From Candidatus Latescibacterota bacterium (GTDB lineage: Bacteria > Latescibacterota > UBA2968 > GCA-2709665), in contig CBDCOX010000002.1 of NCBI GenBank assembly GCA_965219995.1, positions 1,728,001 to 1,792,000 on the forward strand: a DNA stretch of 64,000 nt, given 5' to 3'. Position numbers and translations under genes: made by a program. Numbering within the stretch: the stretch's first letter is position 1; the number at the start of each line of letters is the position of its first letter. The notes under the pieces were generated by a model, which searched no databases, had not been told where the DNA came from, and saw only the letters and a list, made by a program, of their open reading frames with translations. This document shows, piece after piece, positions 50,734 to 60,007 of this stretch.

Positions 50734-52815
50734 ATGAAAAGGACAGGAACTTCGAGCATGATTCTTCTCTTGGTTTCTTTCTTGTTCACACAGTTCACCC
50801 ACGCACAGGACTACAATCGCTGGAGCCTGCCGGAAGGCGCCCGCATGCGGCTGGGCAAAGGCAACGTGCGTGACGTGGCGTGGTCACCGGACCGCACGCT
50901 CCTGGCCGTGGGGGGCAGCGTCGGCATCTGGCTATACGATGCCGAAACCGGGGCGGAAGTTTCCCTGATCACAGGACATTCGTTCAGAGTCAATGCGGTT
51001 GCGTTCTCGCCCGACGGTTTGACGCTGGCTAGTGGCAGCCGCGACGATACGGTGCGGTTGTGGGACGTGGAAACGGGACAGGAAAAAAGCATCCTCACGG
51101 GACATACCTACGACGTCGAGGCTGTGGCATTCTCGCTTGACGGTTTGACGCTGGCAAGCGGCAGTCGCGACGGTACGGTGCGGGTGTGGGATTTGAACAC
51201 AGCGCAGGAGAAACATACCCTGTTAAATGACAAGTACCGGGGTCAATTGAATAAGCCCTGGGTCTATTCTGTGGCATTCTCGCCCGATGGTCTGACGTTG
51301 GCCAGCGCCGGAAACGACTCTACAGTGCGGGTGTGGGACGTGGAAACCGGGCAGGAAAAACACACGCTCACCGGACATACCCATCGGGTCTGGTCGGTGG
51401 CTTATTCACCGGATGGCATGACGCTGGCCAGTGCAAGTCTGGACAGCACGGTGCGGTTGTGGGACGTGGAAACGGGACAGGAACGGAGCATCCTGGAAGG
51501 ACATACCCATCGGGTGTATTCGGTGGTGTATTCGCCCGATGGATCGACGCTGGCAAGCGCCAGCCGGGACAGTACCGTGCGGGTATGGGAGGCGGCCACA
51601 GGACAGGAAAAACACACCCTCACAGGCCATACGTCCAGCGTCCGGTCGGTTGCGTATTCGCAGGACGGGATGACGTTGGCAAGCCGCAGTTACGACAATA
51701 CGGTCCGGACATGGGACGTGGAAACGGGACAGGAGAGTCGCATCCTGCGCCTTACAGGGCATACACAATCTGTAAACTCGGTGGCGTTCTCGCCGGATGG
51801 GACCACGCTGGCAAGCAGCGGTAATGATCCCACCATCCGGTTGTGGGTCGTGTCTACGGGGCAGGTAAAGAGCACTTTCGCAGGACAAGGGTCGGTGGCG
51901 TTCTCGCCGGATGGGACCACGCTGGCAACCGGCGGCGGTCGGGACGGAACGATGCATTTGTGGGAGGCGGACACAGGGCAGGAGAAACACACCCTCACAG
52001 GACATACGTCGTCTGTCGTGTCGGTCGCGTTCTCGCCCGATGGATCGATGCTTGCAAGCGCCGGCGGACGGGATGAAACGGTCCGGGTGTGGGACGTGGC
52101 CACAGGGCAGGAGAAAAACACCCTTACGGGACATACGGCGTCTGTCGTGTCGGTCGCGTTCTCGCCCGATGGATCGACACTTGCAAGCGCCGGCGGTCGG
52201 AACGACAATACGGTGAAGATGTGGGATCCGGCAACCGGGCACGAGAAAAAAACCCTCACAGGACATAACGCCGGGCTCCAGGGAGTGGAGTTTTCGCCCG
52301 ACGGGGCGACGCTTGCAAGCGCCGACTCTCGGGGTACGGTGCGGTTGTGGGACGCGGCCACCGGGCGCGAGAAAAAAACCCTCACGGTACCTGGAGAGAA
52401 TTTCTTTTCGCTGGCGTTTTCACCGGATGGGACAACGCTGGCAACCAGCAGTCCGCACAAGGCGGTGTGGCTGTGGGACGTTGTCACCGGGCAGAATATA
52501 CACGCACTCAGGGGACATACAGATCCGATCTGGTCGGTGGCGTTTTCGCCGGATGGGACGACGCTGGCAAGCGCCAGTTACGACTGTACGATTCTGCTGT
52601 GGGACGTCTCGTCACGTGACGCTCTGCAACCGCTTGCCGCCGACTTCGACGGCAACGGGTCCGTTGGTTTTTCCGACTACCTGCAATTCGTCGCAAAGTA
52701 CGGGCTGAGCTGGGGAGATGCCGGATATGACGCACGCTTCGACCTCGATGGCGACGGCGAGGTAGGGTCCCGCGATTGGTGGATATTCGGTAAAAGCTTC
52801 GGCCAGGGCGGATGA
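50734..52815 (+). CDS. Secreted WD40 repeat protein 2
   Basis: Same architecture as gene 1, 14 repeats. Confidence 0.92.
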   Translation: MKRTGTSSMILLLVSFLFTQFTHAQDYNRWSLPEGARMRLGKGNVRDVAWSPDRTLLAVGGSVGIWLYDAETGAEVSLITGHSFRVNAVAFSPDGLTLASGSRDDTVRLWDVETGQEKSILTGHTYDVEAVAFSLDGLTLASGSRDGTVRVWDLNTAQEKHTLLNDKYRGQLNKPWVYSVAFSPDGLTLASAGNDSTVRVWDVETGQEKHTLTGHTHRVWSVAYSPDGMTLASASLDSTVRLWDVETGQERSILEGHTHRVYSVVYSPDGSTLASASRDSTVRVWEAATGQEKHTLTGHTSSVRSVAYSQDGMTLASRSYDNTVRTWDVETGQESRILRLTGHTQSVNSVAFSPDGTTLASSGNDPTIRLWVVSTGQVKSTFAGQGSVAFSPDGTTLATGGGRDGTMHLWEADTGQEKHTLTGHTSSVVSVAFSPDGSMLASAGGRDETVRVWDVATGQEKNTLTGHTASVVSVAFSPDGSTLASAGGRNDNTVKMWDPATGHEKKTLTGHNAGLQGVEFSPDGATLASADSRGTVRLWDAATGREKKTLTVPGENFFSLAFSPDGTTLATSSPHKAVWLWDVVTGQNIHALRGHTDPIWSVAFSPDGTTLASASYDCTILLWDVSSRDALQPLAADFDGNGSVGFSDYLQFVAKYGLSWGDAGYDARFDLDGDGEVGSRDWWIFGKSFGQGG

Positions 52816-52922
52816 AGCGCGGTCGCCGCCACTCGCTACAGGTCATCACAAGAATCACATCAATCACAGTCTCTTCAAGGGCTTTTAATCAGCTCTTAAT
52901 CACAGTCCGGGAGGGTATTCAG
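52816..52922 (+). repeat. Conserved WD40 intergenic leader, before gene 3
   Basis: Same leader with one TTTAATCAGC unit fewer. Confidence 0.85.
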
Positions 52923-55004
52923 ATGAAAAGGACAGGAACTTCGAGCATGACTCTTCTCTTGGTTTCTTTCTTGTTCACACAGTTCACCCACGCACAGGAC
53001 TACAATCGCTGGAGCCTGCCCGAAGGCGCCATAATGCGTCTGGGCAAAGGAAACGTGCTCCGCGTGGCCTGGTCGCCGGATCGTACGCTGCTGGCCGTTG
53101 GCGGCACCGCCGGCATCTGGCTCTACGATTCCCTAACGGGAGAGGAAATTTCCCTGATCACAGGACACTCGTTCAGAGTCAATGCGGTTGCATTCTCGCC
53201 CGATGGTCTGACGCTGGCAAGCGGCAGTCGCGACGATACGGTGCGGTTGTGGGACGTGGAAACGGGACAGGAAATAAGCATCCTCACGGGACATACCTAC
53301 GACGTCGAGGCAGTGGCTTTCTCGCCGGACGGGACGACCCTGGCAAGCGGGAGTCGGGACGGTACGGTGCGGGTATGGGACGTGGCCACACGGCAGGAGA
53401 AACATACCCTCTTGAACGAAAGCTACCAGGCGTGGGATAGTCCCTGGGTCCTTTCGGTAGCGTTTTCGCCAGATGGCCTGACGCTTGCAAGCGCCAGTCT
53501 TGACACTACGGTGCGTGTGTGGAACGTGACCACAGGGCGGGAACAACACGCACTAAGAGGACATACCAGGAGGATACGCTCTCTGGTGTTTTCATCTGAC
53601 GGATTGACGCTGGCAAGCGCCGGAAACGACAGTACCGTGCGGCTGTGGGACGTGGAAACGGGACAGGAAGAGCGCTCCCTGAAAGGACATACCCACGTGG
53701 TGAATTCGGTGGTGTATTCGCCGGATGGATCGACACTGGCAAGCGGCGGTTGGGACAATGCGGTACGGTTATGGGACACGGCCACCGGACAGGAGAAAAG
53801 CACCCTCACAGGTCATACCCGCGGGGTCCGTTCGGCTGTATTTTCTCCAGATGGGATGACGCTGACGAGCGCCGGTTGGGACAATACGGTGCGACAGTGG
53901 GACGTGGAAACGGGACACGAGCAAAGCACCCTCACCCTTACCCTCACGGGACATTCCCGTGAAGTACATGCGGTGGCGTTCTCTCCGGACGGCAAGACGC
54001 TTGCAAGCGGCAGTTGGGACAGGACTGTGCGGTTGTGGGACGTGGTCACAGGGCAGGAGAACAACACCCTTACGGGACATACCAGTTCGGTCAGGTCGGT
54101 GGCGTTTTCGCCGGATGGCAAGACGCTGGCAAGTGGCGGTTTCGACAGGACCGTACGGTTGTGGGACGTGGCCACAGGGCAGGAGAACAACACCCTCACG
54201 GGACACACCGGTCGGGTCGGGGCGGTTGCGTTTTCTCCAAATGGGGCGACGCTTGCAAGCGCCGATGGCGACGGTGAGGTGCGGTTGTGGGACGTGGCCA
54301 CCGGACAGGAACAGCACGCCCTCACGGGACATTCGGATATTGTCTATTCGGTGGCGTTTTCTCCGGATGGCAGAACGCTGGCAAGTTCCAGCGGGGACAG
54401 CACGGTGCGGTTATGGGATACGGCCACCTGGCAGGAAAGAAACACCCTTTCAGGGCATTCACGTTGGATCCATTCGGTGGCATTTTCACCCGATGGGGCG
54501 ACGTTGGCAAGCGCCGATGGCAACGGTACGGTGCGGCTATGGGACGTGGCCGCAGGTCAGCACATACGCGCCCTCACGTCCGGAGATAATTTCTGGTCGG
54601 TGGCGTTTTCGCCGGATGGAACAACGCTGGCAACCGGCAGTCCGTTCAAGGCGGTGTGGTTGTGGGACGTGGCCACCGGGCAGGACATACGCACACTTAC
54701 TGGACATACCGATCCGGTTAGATCAGTGGTTTTTTCGCCGGATGGGACCACGCTGGCAAGCGGCAGTTACGACTGTACAATTTTTCTGTGGGATGTCTCG
54801 TCACGTGCCTCACTGCAAGCCCTTGCCGCCGACTTCGACGGCGACGGAACCGTGGGTTTTTCCGACTACCTGCAATTCGTAGCGAAATACCGGCTGAGCT
54901 GGGGAGATGCGGGATACGACGCGCGCTTCGACCTGGATGGCGACGGTGAGATCAGCTCCGCCGATTGGTCGATATTCAGAAAAAGCTTCGGCCGGGGTGG
55001 ATGA
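52923..55004 (+). CDS. Secreted WD40 repeat protein 3
   Basis: Same architecture, 14 repeats; true start ATG 52923 (MKRTGTSS) after GGGAGGG. Confidence 0.92.
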   Translation: MKRTGTSSMTLLLVSFLFTQFTHAQDYNRWSLPEGAIMRLGKGNVLRVAWSPDRTLLAVGGTAGIWLYDSLTGEEISLITGHSFRVNAVAFSPDGLTLASGSRDDTVRLWDVETGQEISILTGHTYDVEAVAFSPDGTTLASGSRDGTVRVWDVATRQEKHTLLNESYQAWDSPWVLSVAFSPDGLTLASASLDTTVRVWNVTTGREQHALRGHTRRIRSLVFSSDGLTLASAGNDSTVRLWDVETGQEERSLKGHTHVVNSVVYSPDGSTLASGGWDNAVRLWDTATGQEKSTLTGHTRGVRSAVFSPDGMTLTSAGWDNTVRQWDVETGHEQSTLTLTLTGHSREVHAVAFSPDGKTLASGSWDRTVRLWDVVTGQENNTLTGHTSSVRSVAFSPDGKTLASGGFDRTVRLWDVATGQENNTLTGHTGRVGAVAFSPNGATLASADGDGEVRLWDVATGQEQHALTGHSDIVYSVAFSPDGRTLASSSGDSTVRLWDTATWQERNTLSGHSRWIHSVAFSPDGATLASADGNGTVRLWDVAAGQHIRALTSGDNFWSVAFSPDGTTLATGSPFKAVWLWDVATGQDIRTLTGHTDPVRSVVFSPDGTTLASGSYDCTIFLWDVSSRASLQALAADFDGDGTVGFSDYLQFVAKYRLSWGDAGYDARFDLDGDGEISSADWSIFRKSFGRGG

Positions 55005-55121
55005 GGCGCACGTGCCGTCACTCCCTCCAGGTCATTACACGAACCACATCAAACACAGTCTCTTCATGGGTTTTAATCAGCTTTTAATCAGCTCACAATC
55101 ACAGTCCGGGAGGGTATTTAG
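55005..55121 (+). repeat. Conserved WD40 intergenic leader, before gene 4
   Basis: CACATCAAACACAGTCTCTTCATGGGTTTTAATCAGCTTTTAATCAGCTCACAATCACAGTCCGGGAGGG. Confidence 0.85.
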
Positions 55122-57224
55122 ATGAAAAGGCTAACGATTTTGGGCCTCATTTTTCTCTCGACGTCTGCCTTGTTTGCACAGAACACCCACGCACAGGACT
55201 ACAATCGCTGGAGCCTGCCAGAAGGCGCCATTATGCGTCTGGGCAAAGGGTACGTGTGGGACGTGGCATGGTCGCCGGACCGCACGCGCCTGGCCGTCGG
55301 GGGTACCGCCGGCATCTGGGTCTACGATGCGAGCACCGGAGAGGAAGTTTCCCTGATCACTGGACATTCCTTCAGAGTCAATGCCGTTGCGTTTTCACCC
55401 GATGGTCTGACGCTGGCGAGCGGCAGTCGGGACGATACGGTGCGGTTGTGGGACGTAGCCACAGGACAGGAAAAAAGCATCCTCACGGGACACAGGTACG
55501 ACGTCGAGGCGGTGACATTCTCGCCGGATGGGGCGACGCTGGCAAGCGGCAGTCGCGACGGCACGGTGCGGGTGTGGGACGTGGACACAGGGCAGCAAAA
55601 ACACAGGCTAATCAATGAAAAGTACCCGGACAGGTTGAGTAACCCCTGGGTCGTGTCCGTGGTGTTTTCTCCCGATGGTCTGACGCTTGCAAGCGCCAAT
55701 CGGGACACGACGGTGCGGGTATGGGACGTGGAAACGGGGCAGGAAAAACACACCCTCACACAACATACGGGGAGGGCACTCTCGGTGGCTTTCTCGCCAG
55801 ACGGGATGACGCTGGCCAGTGCAGGCCAGGACAGTACGGTGCGGGTATGGGACGCGGCAACGGGGCAGGAAAAACACACCCTCACACAACATACCCATTG
55901 GGTGTATTCGGTGGTGTATTCGCCGGATGGGGCGACGCTGGCAAGCGCCAGCCGGGACAGTACCGTACGGGTGTGGGACGCGGACACAGGACAGGAGAGG
56001 AGTATCCTCACAGGACATACGTCCAGCGTCAGATCGGTTGCGTATTCACAGGATGGAGTGACGCTGGCAACCCGCAGTTTCGACAGTTCGGCGCGGGCGT
56101 GGACGGTGCGGGTGTGGGACGTGGATACGGGGCAGGAGAAAAGCACCCTCACCCTCACAGGGCATACGTGGTCTGCCAATTCGGTGGTGTATTCGCCGGA
56201 TGGGACGATGCTGGCAAGCGGCAGTAACGACAATACGGTGCGGTTATGGGACGTGGACACAGGGCAGCATATACGCACCTTCGAAGGACATACCCGTGGT
56301 GTCGGTCCGGTGGCGTTTTCGCCGGATGGGACGACCCTGGCAAGCGGTGGCGGCTATCGGGACCCAACGGTGTGGTTGTGGGACGTGGACACAGGGCAGG
56401 AGAAGAATACCCTCACAGGACATACGGCGTCTGTCGAGTCGGTGGCGTTCTCGCCGGACGGGAAAACGCTGGCAAGCGCGGGCGGTCGGGACGAAACCGT
56501 GCGGTTGTGGGACGCGGCCACAGGACAGGAGAAAGACACCCTCACGGGACATACGGCGTCTGTCTCGTGGGTGGTGTATTCGCCCGACGGATCGACGCTT
56601 GCAAGCGCCAGTTACGACCATACCGTGAAGTTGTGGGATTCGGCAACCGGGCAGGAGAAGAACACCCTTACAGGACATAACGAAGCGATCCATGCGGTGG
56701 TGTTTTCGCCCGACGGGAAAACGCTTGCAAGCGCCGATACTGACGGTACGGTGCGGTTGTGGGACGCGGACACAGGGCAGCACATACGCGAACTCGCCAG
56801 CGGCGATAACTTCTGGACGCTGGCGTATTCGCCGGATGGGATGACGCTGGCAACCGGCAGTCCGTTCAAGGCGGTGTGGCTGTGGGACGTACCCTCAGGG
56901 CAGAATATACGCGCCCTCACGGGACATACTGATCCGATCAACTCGGTGGTGTTCTCGCCGGATGGCAGAACGCTGGCAAGCGCCAGTTACGACTGTACGA
57001 TTCTCTTGTGGGATGTCTCGTCACGTGCCGCTCTGCAACCCCTTGTCGCCGACTTCGACGGCGACGGGTCCGTGAGCTTTTCCGACTTTCTGCAATTCGC
57101 CGCGAAGTTCGGGCTGAGCTGGGGAGACGCGGGATTTGACGAACGCTTTGACCTGGACAACGACGGGGATATCGGGTATCCCGATTGGTCGATCTTGCAA
57201 AAAAGCTTTGGCCGGGGCGGATGA
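55122..57224 (+). CDS. Secreted WD40 repeat protein 4
   Basis: Same architecture, 14 repeats. Confidence 0.92.
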   Translation: MKRLTILGLIFLSTSALFAQNTHAQDYNRWSLPEGAIMRLGKGYVWDVAWSPDRTRLAVGGTAGIWVYDASTGEEVSLITGHSFRVNAVAFSPDGLTLASGSRDDTVRLWDVATGQEKSILTGHRYDVEAVTFSPDGATLASGSRDGTVRVWDVDTGQQKHRLINEKYPDRLSNPWVVSVVFSPDGLTLASANRDTTVRVWDVETGQEKHTLTQHTGRALSVAFSPDGMTLASAGQDSTVRVWDAATGQEKHTLTQHTHWVYSVVYSPDGATLASASRDSTVRVWDADTGQERSILTGHTSSVRSVAYSQDGVTLATRSFDSSARAWTVRVWDVDTGQEKSTLTLTGHTWSANSVVYSPDGTMLASGSNDNTVRLWDVDTGQHIRTFEGHTRGVGPVAFSPDGTTLASGGGYRDPTVWLWDVDTGQEKNTLTGHTASVESVAFSPDGKTLASAGGRDETVRLWDAATGQEKDTLTGHTASVSWVVYSPDGSTLASASYDHTVKLWDSATGQEKNTLTGHNEAIHAVVFSPDGKTLASADTDGTVRLWDADTGQHIRELASGDNFWTLAYSPDGMTLATGSPFKAVWLWDVPSGQNIRALTGHTDPINSVVFSPDGRTLASASYDCTILLWDVSSRAALQPLVADFDGDGSVSFSDFLQFAAKFGLSWGDAGFDERFDLDNDGDIGYPDWSILQKSFGRGG

Positions 57225-57349
57225 TGCGAACAAACGGTATCGGAAACCTGTCGCTCCAGATGTGCATTAAGGCAGGTTACCCACTCCTTCGGATGTGTTC
57301 GTGGGATGAGAGTTGAAGTCATAACAGACGTCTGTACTTACAATCTATC

Positions 57350-57558
57350 GATCACCTAATCTGGCTGCGTCCGGGAAGGAGGTGATATCGGAGTCCACGT
57401 CGAGGAGAGTCAGATTGTTGTACGTCTGCTTCAACGCGATGATCGCCGTCACAAGTGGTTATGCCGACCACGGATCGGATCGCGTTCTGAAAGGAGGTGA
57501 TATTGGAATCCACGTCGTTAGACGTCTTACCGCTGTATGCCTAAGTAAGAACTACGTG
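57350..57558 (+). ncRNA. Candidate two-unit structured non-coding motif, copy B
   Basis: Cores at 57378 and 57493 align without gaps to 47250 and 47366. Confidence 0.5.
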
Positions 57559-57646
57559 TCGGAGCAAGTGGTGAACGGAAACGCTGCGCTATATAAGGTA
57601 TCGAACAATGCCGCTGACCCGTGAAAAACTTGCCTCTACGCATCGT

Positions 57647-57752
57647 CCTCACTCGCTCCAGGTCATCACAAGAATCACATCAGACACAGTCCCTTCATGT
57701 GTTTTAATCCGCCTTTAATCAGCTCTTAATCACAGTCCGGGAGGGTATTCAG
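57647..57752 (+). repeat. Conserved WD40 intergenic leader, before gene 5
   Basis: CACTCGCTCCAGGTCATCACAAGAATCACATC...TTTAATCAGCTCTTAATCACAGTCCGGGAGGG. Confidence 0.85.
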
Positions 57753-59843
57753 ATGAAAAAGTCAACGATTCTGACCGTCACTCTTATTGTGTCAGCGGCT
57801 CTGTATGCGCAAAACACCCACGCGCAGGACTACAATCGCTGGCGCCTGCCGGAAGGGGCCCTCATGCGTCTGGGCAAAGGGACCGTGCTAAACGTGGCAT
57901 GGTCGCCGGACCGCACGCGCCTCGCCGTCGGGGGTTCCGTCGGGATCTGGCTCTACGATGCCCGAACGGGGGAGGAAATGTCCCTGATCACAGGACATTC
58001 GTTCAGAGTCAACGCGGTTGCGTTTTCGCCTGACGGCCTGACGCTGGCGAGCGGCAGTCGCGACGATACCGTGCGGTTGTGGGACGTGGAAACCGGGCAG
58101 GAAAAGAGCATTCTCACGGGACACAGGTACGACGTCGAGGCAGTGGCATTCTCACCGGATGGGACGATGCTGGCAAGCGGCAGTCGCGACGGTACGGTGC
58201 GGTTGTGGGACGTGGAGGCAAGTCAGGAGAAAAGCACCCTCGTCAATGAAAAGTACCGGGGCAACTTGAATAGCCCCTGGGTCGTGTCCGTGGTGTTTTC
58301 GCCCGATGGGGCGACGCTGGCAAGCGCCAGCCGGGACAGTACCGTGCGGGTGTGGGACGTGGCCACAGGGCAGGAAAAACACACGCTCACGGCACATACC
58401 CATGAGGTTTGGTCGGTGGCTTTTTCGCCGGACGGAATGACGCTGGCCAGTGGGGGTCGGGACAATACGGTGCGGGTGTGGGACGTGGAAACGGGACAGG
58501 AAAAGTTCACCTTGGACGGGCATACCCATTGGGTGTATTCAGTGGTGTTTTCGCCCGACGGGTTGACTCTGGCAAGCGCCAGTCGGGACAGTACGGTCCG
58601 GATGTGGGACGCGGTGGCGGGGCGTGAGAAAAATACCCTCACTGGGCATAAGTCCAGAGTCCAGTCGGTTGCGTATTCGCAGGACGGGAGGACCCTGGCA
58701 AGCCGCAGTTTCGACAATGCGGTGCGGGTATGGGACGTGGACACTGGGCAGGAAAGAAGCACCCTCACCCTCACAGGGCACACTTCCTCTGTCAATTCCG
58801 TGGTGTATTCGCCGGATGGGACGATGCTGGCAAGCGGCAGTAACGATCGTACGGTGCGGCTATGGGACGTGGACACCGGGCAGGATATACGCACCTTCAC
58901 GGGACATACCCGTGGGGTCAGTTCGGTGGCATTTTCGCCGGATGGGTCGACCCTGGCAAGTGGTGCCGGCTATCGGGATGACACGGTGCGGTTGTGGAAC
59001 GCGGCCACAGGGCAGGAGAAAGACACCCTCGAAGGACATACGGGCGCCGTAAGGACTGTGGCGTTTTCGCCGGATGGGTCGACCCTGGCAAGTGGTGGCG
59101 GCTTTCGGGATGAAACGTTGCGGGTGTGGAACGTGGCCACAGGGCAGGAGAAATACACCCTCACAGCACATACCGATGATGTCTCTTCGGTGGCGTTTTC
59201 CCCCGATGGTCAGACCCTGGCAAGCGCAAGTCACGACCAGACGGTGCGATTGTGGGATCCGGCAACCGGGCAAGAAAAATTCACCCTCACAGATCATACC
59301 CGGGCGATCCAGGGGGTGGCGTTCTCGTCCGATGGGGCAATGCTGGCAAGCGCCGATATCAGAGGTACGGTGCGGGTGTGGGACGTGGCGACCGGTCAGC
59401 ATTTGCGCGCCCTCACAGGCGGCGATAATTTCTGGTCGGTGGCGTTTTCGCCGGATGGGACCACGCTGGCAACCGGCAGTCCGTACAAGGCGGTGTGGTT
59501 GTGGGACCTGGCCACGGGGCAGAATATACGCGCCCTCACGGGACATACCGATCCGATCAATTCAGTTGTGTTTTCGCCCGATGGCAGAACGCTTGCAAGC
59601 GCGAGTTACGACGGTACGATTCTGCTGTGGGATGTCTCGTCACGTGCCACGCTGCAGCCCCTTGCCGCCGACTTCGACGGCGACGGCACCGTGGGCTTTA
59701 CCGACTTTCTGCAATTCGTCGCGAAGTATGGGCTGCGCTGGGGAGATGCGGGATATGACTCGCGTTTCGACCTTGACGGCGATGGAGAGGTCGGGTCCTG
59801 GGATTGGCGGATCTTCGGCCAAAGCTTCGGCAGGAGTAACTGA
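57753..59843 (+). CDS. Secreted WD40 repeat protein 5
   Basis: Same architecture, 14 repeats. Confidence 0.92.
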   Translation: MKKSTILTVTLIVSAALYAQNTHAQDYNRWRLPEGALMRLGKGTVLNVAWSPDRTRLAVGGSVGIWLYDARTGEEMSLITGHSFRVNAVAFSPDGLTLASGSRDDTVRLWDVETGQEKSILTGHRYDVEAVAFSPDGTMLASGSRDGTVRLWDVEASQEKSTLVNEKYRGNLNSPWVVSVVFSPDGATLASASRDSTVRVWDVATGQEKHTLTAHTHEVWSVAFSPDGMTLASGGRDNTVRVWDVETGQEKFTLDGHTHWVYSVVFSPDGLTLASASRDSTVRMWDAVAGREKNTLTGHKSRVQSVAYSQDGRTLASRSFDNAVRVWDVDTGQERSTLTLTGHTSSVNSVVYSPDGTMLASGSNDRTVRLWDVDTGQDIRTFTGHTRGVSSVAFSPDGSTLASGAGYRDDTVRLWNAATGQEKDTLEGHTGAVRTVAFSPDGSTLASGGGFRDETLRVWNVATGQEKYTLTAHTDDVSSVAFSPDGQTLASASHDQTVRLWDPATGQEKFTLTDHTRAIQGVAFSSDGAMLASADIRGTVRVWDVATGQHLRALTGGDNFWSVAFSPDGTTLATGSPYKAVWLWDLATGQNIRALTGHTDPINSVVFSPDGRTLASASYDGTILLWDVSSRATLQPLAADFDGDGTVGFTDFLQFVAKYGLRWGDAGYDSRFDLDGDGEVGSWDWRIFGQSFGRSN

Positions 59844-59895
59844 AGCGAACAATCGGTGTAGGAAACAGGTACCGCCAATTGTCTCCACGAATCCA

Positions 59896-60007
59896 TCACT
59901 CGGTTCAGGTCGTCAACAAACTCACATCAAACACTGTCTATTCGTGCCGTTAAATCATAGTCAATCCCTCGTAATCAAAGTCAATCATCGTCAGGGAGGG
60001 CATTCAG
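59896..60007 (+). repeat. Divergent WD40 intergenic leader, before gene 6
   Basis: CACATCAAACACTGTCT...AATC x4 at ~10-bp spacing...TCGTCAGGGAGGGCATTCAG. Confidence 0.7.

Noticed and set aside
57490-57501. 16S rRNA 3' end fragment (ATCACCTCCTTT on minus strand)
   Set aside because: Flanking sequence has no similarity to 16S helix 45; only the anti-SD word matches.
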